Below are positions 50,055 to 61,388 of a stretch of DNA of 64,000 bases, in pieces; the first letter of the stretch is position 1; each line of letters starts with the position of its first letter. The position numbers were made by a program, and so were the translations under genes. Under the pieces are notes generated by a model. It was not told where the DNA came from, searched no databases, and was given only the letters and a program-made list of their open reading frames with translations. This stretch comes from Eukaryota sp. GEM-RC1 (lineage: Eukaryota), in the NCBI GenBank assembly GCA_040285855.1, contig JAUFOQ010000001.1, forward strand, positions 3,348,001-3,412,000, written 5' to 3'.

Positions 50055-51709
50055 CATACCTGGAAAATACAAGGGTTGGACAAAATACAAATACAAAGAT
50101 ACAAAAATACAGATACAGATTAAAATGCAAAAATACAAATTCAATGATGTTGTATTATCTGTATTTTTAGTAGTGTACATCGACAATAATGATGTTAAAT
50201 TATCGCCTAGATGTACATGTATTTAGATTCGTATCTATAAGTGTATCTTAACTACTTTCTTCTTACTTAGGTTAAATTATAATTCCTTCAGTAAATAGAG
50301 ACTAATTAATTGTTTCTCACTCCTAGTATGACTCAAGTTTGTTTTTCTTTCTTGTTGGTCAAGTTTTGGCACGTATTTTGTGTCCTTCTGTACAATCAAA
50401 GAGCAATTCTTCCTCCAATTATTCCTCGACCTAATCCAGTAGACTACAGTAGTTTGTTCATCTGTCTTCTGTTTTCGCTGCTGATAAACTACGACAACTA
50501 CTTCGTCTTGTATCTTGATTGATATCATGTTTTAATTCTCTTCTGTGCATCACATAAAAAAAAAATTGGTGATACGAGAACTACAGTCTTCCCTCGGTTT
50601 AGTGCCGCTGTTTGGACCGGCACTAAACCGAGGTCGGCACTATATCGAGGGTTTGTTCCGTGCAGTGTGAACAGACGATGATGGATGTTTATTGTTATGT
50701 GAAATAAAAGCTATGACTGACGTGCATCTACTGATGATACTAGTGGGGTACCATTGGCCATCATATGGGAGAGAAAGGGTTTCAAGAAAAAGGCAGTGAC
50801 ACATTGAGAAATTTGACATCATTCATGATGTTTTAGCGAACAACGAAGAGCTAGGAATGAAGTTTATCAGACAACAAGTACATCTGAGATCACTGAAGAA
50901 GTATCAGCCCAGAAACAGAAAGCTTGGAGAAGACAAAAACTCATCCCAAAGAAAGCATTTGAAAGGAGAAATCAGATGAGAACGTTGTGTAGAAAGCATT
51001 TGAAGGAATGAAAACGGAGATAGACGTGCGAAATCCGTCAACGAAGAGGAAGAACATGTGGTTGCCTTCAAGACGAAGGATATTCTAACCCCTGAGCGGG
51101 TATATGGGCTCATTCAACGTTCTTGGTGCCTTCTTCCTCCAGCAAAACGTCTCTACTAAAGCCGTCGTCCGGTCACCGTGGAAAATGTTCCCGTTGAGTC
51201 CAAATTGTATACACTCCCAAATCTACCCTTATATATATCAAAACAAAAGATGAGAACAGAGGAAGACAGGAAGTGGGACATTTTTGGCGTGATTTGGTGT
51301 AGAGTATGTCTAGATAACAGACACGACTCTTTGTACAGCATCTTCAGAAGGAAAGTGTGTGAAGAGAAGAAAAGGTTAATGTTGGGCTCCAAATGTGAAG
51401 CCAAATACTATAGAATGTAAGCGTGTTTATTGTACATATAGTTAGACAGGAGATCGATCGATGTACGGTCGATAGAGAAGGAAAGATCGATCGACAAATG
51501 TTTGGAAGTGAAAATTTGGCACTAAACCGAGGTGGCACTAAACCGAGGGAAGACTGTACATGTACATCCAAAATAGGTACTTTACAGGTAAGTAAGTTCG
51601 GAATTCTATTACTAAAAAAATACAGTATTTTAATACTGAAAAATATAAAATACAAATACAGAAAATACAAAAATACAGAAAATACAGAAAAGTGTATTTT
51701 CCAGGTATG
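50055..51709. mobile_element. Non-autonomous hAT-type element (AATACA repeats) with nested MITE
   Basis: TIRs CATACCTGGAAAATACA / TGTATTTTCCAGGTATG; no matching TSD. The left flank is repeated without the element at ~56365-56475. Confidence 0.8.
50584..51556. mobile_element. TA-flanked Tc1/mariner/pogo-type non-autonomous element
   Basis: TIRs CAGTCTTCCCTCGGTTTAGTGCC / GGCACTAAACCGAGGGAAGACTG, TA on both sides, internal GGCACTAAACCGAGG repeats. Confidence 0.9.
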
Positions 51710-54271
51710 AGTCATTTATCGTGGTTCAGATTCAGTCAGTGTATAAATAGACCTACCGGAGGTGACAAACGGTAAGAATCAGTGGCATTCAATGTGTCGT
51801 GAACAGTTGGTCTATGACCTATTAACTGAAGTATCTGGTAAATGACAGACGTTTCTTGTTGATGAAAAATTTAGAAACAGAAATTAAATAGTCCTTTACA
51901 CAATTGGAAATGTTGCATATCATGCTTTCAGATAAGGTCGTTGTTTTTCATAATTTTTCATAATTTTTTAACTAGTGTAATTGTCTAAACAATTGTTATC
52001 TATAAGCAGGGCTCTTCAAAACTGAATCGGCAACTAATTGGAGTCGGAAAAGAGCTCCCAATCAATTTTCCTATTATTGCAATTAATTGCCAATTGTTTA
52101 TCATTGTAGTATAATGAATATAATTCACCGGCACAACAAAATAAAGTTCAAAGTTAATTCTGAATAATTATGTAAAAGTACAATCCAAATAATTTTCGCT
52201 ATTCGTACGAATTTTCATCGACGACATTTGTAGAGCACAGCGTTCTAAAGTCCTTAATATCCTATAAAGAGCAGTTGTATCTCAAAACAGGCGATATGTT
52301 CATGTGTTGGTTATACTGTTTTGGTGATTTGACAACGGCATTTGTACGGATTCCTTTTTCGATCACGAAATTGAAAGTCTTGATTGGTATAGAACGCAAG
52401 ACAAACAGTTTTGCGGTCGTTTGGTTTAACATTTAAGGAAAAAGTCGTTGGGGCAGGTGAAAGGATAACCTTGTTGAAAATTCATTAGTTGTCATTTATT
52501 CTTGTTTGTGGATATTTGGCAACTTTGCTGACCAAAATTGGCTAAGTTAAGGCAACAAGAACATTGTCCGCATTTGTCTGTTGTGGAGCAAAAGAATTGT
52601 TTCCAAAAAGTATTTGTTTGGTCAACTGTTATTTCTTTTGAAATGCAAGTCTGAAGTTACAAGTACAAAAGAAGGTTTATAGTGGGTGATTACTTTAGGT
52701 ACAACCTGTTTACAACTGGGATATTTGATTGGAGTCAAAACGAAGACAAACATCAATTTAATTAGAATAATGGTTCATCTGAAGTTGATGGAATTTTGAG
52801 TTTTTGATATAAAGGTATCAGTCGTAGAAGTCCATGTGGAGATCCGGTGCTTGCTTCCCAAAGGTATGCATCTCTGACTCAAGTTAAACGTTAACCTGCT
52901 CAACCAAAAGTTTTCATTGTAAAATTTTTAACTAGAATATAAGAAACTAAATCTAATACATGTGTTGCTCAATCAATTGTAACTGACGCACATATTGGTG
53001 TACAACAATAGAGTTTTCCCAAGTCGAGGTTCATGCCGAGTCATATAGACCCATGTCCATATGACTTGACTCAGCCCATAGATCATTTAACTCAAGTCGA
53101 ATTGAGGTCGTATGGAGTTTGGTTCAGTCGACTCGACCTTGAGTCATTAAAGAACTCTAAATCTGAATTTTCTTTTGTGAACAATTCCCACACTAATCAT
53201 GGCATATTTACCGATCTGAATAGTAGATGACATCAATTTAGATCAACAAAGGACACATTTCAGTGTTTTTCTTCTACAAGTTTGTACAGTTTTATTCCTC
53301 AACCCAAATACCAAGAGCTTGTCAGTCAAACAGTGCAGAGTTTTCATTTAATTCGACGTAGTGTTATCTGAATAGGCATCATGATGACGTCACCAATGTT
53401 CTGCTTGAAGTGTTAGACTGGTGTTTTTGTAGTATTTAATTGTAGAGTGTACAATAATTGCACATTCTATAAAAACAATTACACTGCAATTAGGTTGTTT
53501 CCTCAGTATATCGAAGACAAACTGAAAACAGGTGTGCAATTTTAAAATGTTGACAGACATCTTTGTAAAACAAATCAATTTCAGTAATTAAACGGACATC
53601 TTAGTTGATACTGTAGATGAATTAACCAAAAATTGATGAAATACTTCAAACCATCAAAAATTTCAGTTCTGATACAACCTTAGCGATATGACTTATTGAT
53701 TCCGAAATTTGGTCGTCGATTGGAATAGAGAAATAATCAAACGGTTTTGCATCATCTGAGACATACAGATAGACTTAAAATAAATCAATAATTGAGGAGG
53801 CGTATCCTACGGCCGTTCAAACATCATATTTCTTGAAATTCCATCTTAATTTTGCCCATTTTTCAGTTTTTGTTAAAACGAATTTTCATCTTGAGTCTAC
53901 CCATATTTTTGAGTATCAGCATTGAGAAATGAATCTCCTTGTGAGTTCTCAAGGGAAGTGAAACGTCCAAACAAACATTGTGGACCAATGAAGATAAGTT
54001 AAATGTGAAATCCTTGAAAGAAATGGTAGATGACAGAACCATGTTAATATACTCAAATCTTGATACTTGAGATACTGCCTTGATGTGTAGCGAATAGTAC
54101 AAGTTCCCAGACGTTTAAGGGAAAACAGTCTTGAAATAATAAACTCAGAAATGAAAGAACAGTACAAAAGAACATTCATCAAGGGAAGTTGTTTCTTGCC
54201 CAGTTCAACACTTCTACAGTACAAGATCAAGATATCAGTTCTATACATTAGATTTCCCTACATCACCTCTT

Positions 54272-55924
54272 ATGTCTGATCCTAAACCTCCACTTAAGAG
54301 GAGTCGTTTACTAGATGACCTCTCAATTGCTGACGATGACGACATGTCGGTTACGCTATATTCCGCTCCTTACCTTTCCAAATGCTTACACTTACAACAG
54401 TCTCTGTTATTCTTGATATGTCTTCAATTGTTTAGACGTCTAACTAAGTCTTCTCTCGGGAACACAAGTTTCTATTCCCTACGCCATCTCAGCTATTTAA
54501 CCCGAGATTTAATGATCTTCTTCAACAAAGTTGGCTATGTAAGCCATCATTTCTTTGATACTACAGCTCTTATAGTCAAAGAGTTTGTTCAATCCAACAG
54601 GTTTCCTGTCACTCCTGAATCATTTCCCCTCCTACAGTCATTTGCTTCTTTCTTTGGAGCAGAGGTGCAGTCTGTTTCCTTCGAGGTAAAGGAGACCTTT
54701 AATGTTGACATGTTTATTAGATATTCTTATATTATCACAGGATTAGAGATCTACTTAGAGAAATCCAGTGACTTAGACTTCCTCAACAAGTCTTCTTCTT
54801 TATTTCCACGACTTAAAGAATTTCAAGTGCATCCTGTTGATTCTCTTTCCTTGACATCAGAATTGATTGAATTGTTGAAAGTCAATGCTACAGTGACAAG
54901 TATTAATCTCGATCAAAACTCTATTGGAGATGAAGGTGCTAGAGCATTGGCAGATGTCTTAAAAGTCAATACGACAATCACAGATATTTTTCTGGATGAT
55001 AACTCTATTACATGTAGAGGTGCTAATGCCTTAGCAGATGTCTTAAAAGTCAATAATATTTTGACTATGATTGATTTGATGAACAATTCCATTGGCGATG
55101 AAGGTGCTAAAGCTTTCGCAGATATGTTAAAGGTTAATACTACATTATCGTATATTTGTCTAAGCTGCAACAATTCTATTGGAGATGAAGGTGCTGAAGC
55201 TTTGGCGGACGCTTTAAAAGTCAATACTACAGTGACAAGAATTGATCTAAGTGGAAACTCTATCGACGTCGAAGGTGCTAGAGCTTTGGCAGATATGTTG
55301 TCTGTAAATTCTACATTAACAAGTGTGGATTTAGGATTAAACTCTATCGGAGATTATGGTGCTGAAGCATTGTCAGTTGCATTGCAAGTCAATAGTATTG
55401 TTACAAGTATTGATCTGCAGAACAACTCTATTGGAGATTATGGTGCTGAAGCATTAGCGGAAGCGTTAGACGTTAACACTACAGTCACAAGCATTCAGCT
55501 CGATGAAAACTTCATTGGAGATTTCGGTGCCAATGCTTTAGCAGATGCGTTGGTAGTAAATTCTACAATCACAGAGATTGGTCTGACTCAAAACTCTATT
55601 GGAGATTTCGGTGCCAGTGCTTTAGCAGAAGCTTTAGTAGTGAATACTACAGTTAAAATCATTGGTATGTGGAACAACTCTGTTGGAGATGAAGGTGCTA
55701 GAGCGTTGGCAGATGCAATAAAAGTAAATACCACTGTTGATAGAATTGATCTGAGTGGAAACTCCATTGGAGATGAAGGTGCTAGAGCGTTGGCAGATGC
55801 AATGAAAGTAAGTAGCACTGTGAACTTCATTGGAGACGACGGCATTACAGCATTGACTGATGTTTTGAAAGTAAATCCAACAATTAGAGTATTAGAGTAT
55901 GTGTTCGATTGGGAAGTATCTTAA
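54272..55924 (+). CDS. RNI-like (NLRC3-type) LRR protein, ~12 repeats of 28 aa, with a lineage-specific N-terminal domain
   Basis: Intact 550-aa ORF with repeat consensus IGDEGARALADALKVNTTVTxIDLxxNS. No NACHT/P-loop seen. Confidence 0.92.
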   Translation: MSDPKPPLKRSRLLDDLSIADDDDMSVTLYSAPYLSKCLHLQQSLLFLICLQLFRRLTKSSLGNTSFYSLRHLSYLTRDLMIFFNKVGYVSHHFFDTTALIVKEFVQSNRFPVTPESFPLLQSFASFFGAEVQSVSFEVKETFNVDMFIRYSYIITGLEIYLEKSSDLDFLNKSSSLFPRLKEFQVHPVDSLSLTSELIELLKVNATVTSINLDQNSIGDEGARALADVLKVNTTITDIFLDDNSITCRGANALADVLKVNNILTMIDLMNNSIGDEGAKAFADMLKVNTTLSYICLSCNNSIGDEGAEALADALKVNTTVTRIDLSGNSIDVEGARALADMLSVNSTLTSVDLGLNSIGDYGAEALSVALQVNSIVTSIDLQNNSIGDYGAEALAEALDVNTTVTSIQLDENFIGDFGANALADALVVNSTITEIGLTQNSIGDFGASALAEALVVNTTVKIIGMWNNSVGDEGARALADAIKVNTTVDRIDLSGNSIGDEGARALADAMKVSSTVNFIGDDGITALTDVLKVNPTIRVLEYVFDWEVS

Positions 55925-57569
55925 CGTTCTTAGGTACAGTTAATCCACCTTAAAAAAGAACTTAAGTAGATACTATTAGTTTCAATTCTTCTTTCTTTGT
56001 AGATCAAACCATAGAGTCTGTTTTATCAATATATACGCATCAGTTTTGGCATCACCTACATTCGAACTGAGGTGAATCCCTTCTTTGAACAGTTCCAACT
56101 CTTTATAAGGCTAGAACGAGGTCGTCGACGGGATTTCCTTGTTATAGAATATACACCAAAATGTTAAGATATTCGCAGGAAAACTACTAGTATTGAGTGA
56201 AATCCTTGACATATTGAACTTTTAGGTCAGAAACAACCTAGAACCTAAGATGTGATATAAAACACTTGATTTTATGTTAAGATAATGCAAACAGAACACA
56301 ATTCTGTTTCGTAAACAACAGTAATGATAATCATTACGGTTTAAATAAATGTACTACAACTGATTTAATGTCACTATTTTTTGAATCACACAATAAATTA
56401 GAGTAGAAGGAGTAAATATATAAGTTCCCTAACAGCGAATTCAGGTAGTTCAACTCAATAGTTGTAGTTTTAGAGTACACACCTCTTGAATGATTTCCAG
56501 ACATTCTAAGACAGAACAGCAAATCACACACCTCATAAACGAAAGTGGATGCATGATTTTGCATCAACATCTTTCATTCAATGAAAACCGTTTCCTACAA
56601 TGAACATGAACTACTAATATCGCGCTTCATGAATCCACAACAAACTAATCTTACTTTTCTCTTCAACTTTCAGATAAGCGTACCACTCATTTTTGTGCCG
56701 AAGGACATGCGATGTGCCTTCAGTGCTTTTCTACTGATCCTTCCTCTCTTGCCCATTCTGTCGGCAACCTTCCTTGCTTGTCGCTGTGAAGAATCGGAAT
56801 CTTCTAGATGTTCTTCCTGTTTTTGTGTCCGACCCGGAGTCCTTCCTAAACCAGAAGCTACCTGGGTGGTGTGAACTTCAGGATGACGTCACCTCATTCA
56901 TTTCCTTCTCAACGCAACTTGAGGATCTTGGGTTCGATGCCGGAGAACTCAACATTGAGGATACAGTAGTCCTCCGTCACGTGCCATTGGAAGATGCAGA
57001 CGGGAAGCCATGTCTAAACTTGAATTAAACAAGAAGAGTTTCCTTTTACAAGGTGTTGGTTTTATTGAATACTTTCTAAACAAATTGCATCAAAATGCAG
57101 AACTAATGGTCAATTATCATTGATGTCGTACCTCCATAAGGACGATATCTTGATCGAGGATTCTGAGGAATACTTTTTGATTACTTCAAAGAAGTTGCGT
57201 TTTCTGTTGATAAGGTCAAACGTGATCTGCGTAGAACCCTTGAATTCAATAAGACCTTGTTTTCAAAGAAGAAAACCAAAAGCTTCAAAATTGTTTATGA
57301 TGGTCCCTATTACTTTGAGAGACTATAAGTTTTAAAATTCTGAAAATTCTGAATTCAAATAGTTTGCCTTTATTCGGATATTCTATCTCTATTTAGTGGA
57401 AGATTAGTTGCAAATTTTGATGTGTTCCCTCATTTCATTGATCTTTCACTTGGATATATTAGATATGAGAAGTGAGGGTGTTGATAGTGATTTAATTTCA
57501 CTTTCAACACTTTTTTTAAATTTCATGTTCCTATTCAACTCCTGAAGCCTTAACCCCCACGAATTGCTG

Positions 57570-57990
57570 TTTTATTGCTAGTATATTTATTTCTGGATGG
57601 AAATCCATCACTTTCTCCAGAATTATTTCCTAAAATCCAGACCTTATGGTGAATAATCATAGATTCTTATCAGCAATTTCTTATGGGTTACAACGAACTA
57701 AGAGTTGGGGGTTTCATGTTTAATACATGATCTATTGAAAACAGATTGATACCAATACAAGTTTATTGGTTTCTATTACAACACCTAAAGAAGTTTTTGT
57801 TGAATTAAAAAGTCTGTTTGTTTGGTTGGGGCTTTAATGTGCACATACATTCTTCCAGAAGAAGAAAGATTGTCGTGGACGTTTTTTGTGAGAGAGCTAC
57901 TTCTGCTCTTTTAATGGATGATGGCAGTGTTTACTGCTCAAGAAGGTTCTTTGACTTTCTTTTGTTTAAAGAAATAATTAGAACTGATAA
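57570..57990 (+). pseudogene. Degenerate remnant of the kinesin gene's RCC1-like tail
   Basis: 57850-57960 (RRRKIVVDVFCERATSALLMDDGSVYCSRRFFDF) matches 63550-63660. Confidence 0.75.
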
Positions 57991-58329
57991 GTGACGTTGT
58001 TTTCCTTTGTTCTATTCTGTGTTTCAGAATTAAGACATATGATTCTTTGGTTTTTTGACAGTGTTGAGATTGATTAATATTAGTTCACCTTTTGAGTTCG
58101 TCTTGAGCACTCTTGTCAAATAAGATCTTTCATTTATCAGCAACAATTTACAATTGCAAATTGTCAAACATTTTCAATGCTTCTCACTTCAAATCTAAGA
58201 ACCTTAAAATGGATTTTTAAATTGTTGTGATTAGTTTCAAGTTGAATCTATTTGTTTCGAGAATCAAGGAAGGTTCTTTGACCTTCATTAGTTAACAAAC
58301 ATCTCAAGAACTGAGGAGTACACTTATTT

Positions 58330-59200
58330 TATTTACAATGTTCTATATTCTATCAACATTGACTGTCCATCGAGCTTCTAAGTTGTTGGGGTAATTCGTT
58401 TCTTTGAAAAGCTTACATCATATCCAACTACAAATATTTAAATAGTATTTTTAACTCTAACAAAAAAAATCAAAGTGAGTTTTTTAAGTCCTTCATTTGT
58501 GACTAATTCAATCTTGATGTTAACAACTTCGTTCAGTTTGATCACTTATAGTTAGCATGGTTATGTTAAACAGTTGAAGGATGCATGTTATTAAAAGATG
58601 CATAATCTCTTACTTTTACCTCAGATATCTGCATTTTACTCAAAAATATTTGAGAACAAAATCTTTGATCCTGGATGAATATGTAAATCTCTTGAGAAAA
58701 TTTGGTAATCATCAAGATATCCTTCTTATTTTTCATTTTCTTATTTTTATCATATTTTTCATCTTTTAATTCAGAGTATTTCTAATTATTGGTAGTTACA
58801 GTATGTGACTTTGTGTATCAATGCTGAAGCTCTGGAGTAAACTAGAATATGTCGTGATTTCAGTCAACTACTTCAACAATTCATTTTGAATTACCAAATT
58901 TCATTGCAATTTTTACTTTTATGCTTCCATTATTTGATCATAATTATATTTTTCAATTAATATTAACATTCGACAGTATGATCTTCATTTCTTTTTTTCC
59001 AATCATGGAGACAATATCAAATCATTTAATATTTTCGCAAAATTGACCACCGTTCATTGTTAGTACAAGACAATACTCTTCTGTACTTGTATTCACTCAA
59101 AACGTAAGCTCAAAATAATGCAACCATTTGATTTATTTTCTGCTGTAATCTTACTGTCAGATTTAGTGTATCGTTACTGACATTTTTTAGTATTTTACCT
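58330..59200. repeat. Degenerate duplication, second copy at ~60280-61050
   Basis: Shared blocks TTCTAAGTTGTTGGGGTAA, TTCAATCTTG, CTTCCATTATTTGAT and CTTGTATTCACTCAAAAC in the same order. Confidence 0.7.
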
Positions 59201-59894
59201 AAGAAATGATGTCTAGATTGCTGATCATCAACTTTGGTTCTCCGTGAATCTTATCATTCAAACCTTCATTATATCGAGTCAAAGTTATATTTGTTGTCAA
59301 GTTTATTTCCAATTTTTCGTGAAACGGAATGACTATTTTGATCAGTTCTGTCAACTTGGTTTGGACCATCAATTTTGATGATCATAATTATGTGTTTTCA
59401 AACCTCAAGAATATGTTGTTCGTTTGTATTTCAACACGGCCTGTTATTTGTTTGTATCATTCATTTTTTCACCATTCACTATCACTTTTACCATTGCTGC
59501 AATATGGTAAGGAAAATTAGGTTTTGACCATCTTTCGTTCTATCAAAATTTTTGTTGTAGACTTATTGTGATGTGCTCTCTAAGTCTACAATCTCTGTTA
59601 TTAACACAGCTGTGGCCTTTGTGACCTTAAGGGAATTTGCAATGTATAACATTGTTGTTGTTTTATGTTTGACTAAGCAATCTGATCTACAATTTTCTGA
59701 CATATCGACTGACTCTTTAATTTTTAACCAGATGTCGTAATTTTTTAACGAAAATAGATTATTCAAGTGTTGGTTTGTTTGGTATCCCACTGAATATCCG
59801 TCTTATGGTTCATTGTTTTACCCATGTTCAGGGATTTTTAGGAATTCGAGAATGACTGAGATAATGAACCATTTTCTCAAAATACTTTCCTTAC

Positions 59895-60167
59895 ATGTCT
59901 GAACTCCAAGAGTTAATCGATATCATCACTCAGTTCTTTACTGGAGCAACTAATGAAAAGGACCACGACCGGTTACACTCTACATTAATGACTTATCTAA
60001 ACAGTCCTGATGTTTTTCTCATTGGGCAATCTCTGCTCCAACATGACGATTCCATCATCTTATTCTGGGGTGGATCCGCTATTAGTCATTTTATTCAGAA
60101 ATGTCCCCAAAACATCTCTTCCCATGAATGGTATTCTTTTGCATTGGCTGTTAATAGGTCCTTGTGA
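59895..60167 (+). pseudogene. Importin-beta/exportin N-terminal-like fragment
   Basis: IITQFFTG...LHSTLMTYLNSPDVFLIGQSLLQ...ILFWGGSAISHFIQK fits the IBN_N helical pattern, then ends abruptly. Confidence 0.45.
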
Positions 60168-61388
60168 GTATGGGGACACAATGATAGAGGACAATTCGGT
60201 CTGGGAGATAAAATATGTGGGTTGTTTTAGAACTAGTAAGAAGTCGGAGTTGTTTCGGCGAACCGAAAAGTAGATCTGTTTTTATTTACGATATTCTATC
60301 TTCTCCCTGTATTCTCCACTTAAGGTACTTTTTAACCACTTTTTTCGAGTTTCTAAGTTGTTGGGGTAAGCCGTATCTTTTAAAAGCTTGCAATTACCAG
60401 TCCAATTATACAGAAATAGTATATCAACTGTACCACAACAAACGAATGGAAATTTTTGATGTTTTCATTGGTGGTTCATTCAATCTTGCTGTCAACAACG
60501 TCGTTGGTTTTGTTCAATTAGTTTTGTACTTTCGTGCTAAGAAGTTGAAGCAATCGTCTGATTTTTAAGGATCTTCTCTTATTTGTAGCTTATATATTTC
60601 ACTTTACCGAAAACTTTTCGAGAACGAAATCTTGCGAAGGTTCTAGATGAACATGTAATTCTTTTAATTGGATCTTTGAATTAGACAATGAACGAAATCT
60701 TTCTTCTACGATGTATATTCCAAGTAAGTCTATTATTTATTTGTCTTTCATTGGAGAGTTTTTCTAATTTTTGTTTGTAGGATTAATGATGACTCCTTGA
60801 AGACAACTACCATTTATTCAGTCAAATATTTCAAAAATTGATAGCCTTCCATTATTTGATTAGAATTACAACCGTTATTCATGTTAACTTTGGACGTTAT
60901 CGTTTTGATTTCTTATTTTCCAAAAGTGGAAACAATATTGAAACATTATATTTTTTCTCAATAATTTACTGTTAATTGACGACCATCGTTTTTCCTTTGT
61001 ATTCACTCAAACTCTGTCATATTACTGTCATCGACATTTTTTAACATTTCAATCTATTAATTATAGTTCATCAAAGAGGGGAATGCAGAAGAGCAAATAA
61101 GAAGGGAAAAAATTCGCTAACTGACGTAAAGAATCTGGAACAATTGTCCGTGATTGTTACAAAGCCAAGTGTGTCTTTGTCCAGGGGAGATTACGTGCTC
61201 ATTTAAGTGATATGTACAGAAAGAGTAGAAGGAAACTCGAACAAAGACGATCGACTTGATGATATAAGGTGGATCGTTGGGGTTGCGAGAAGTAAAACTA
61301 ACAGTTGGCGGTTTCATGTTTTATACATGATCTATTGAAAACCCAAGTTCTTGGCACTAATAACATTTCCTCTCCTTATCACCTTCAA

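Noticed and set aside
54913..55845. Antisense ORFs over LRR genes (also 42521-42844)
   Set aside because: Shadow frames of repetitive LRR codons.
54272..55924. True NLR receptor
   Set aside because: NLRC3-like LRRs are present, but there is no NACHT/NB-ARC P-loop domain.
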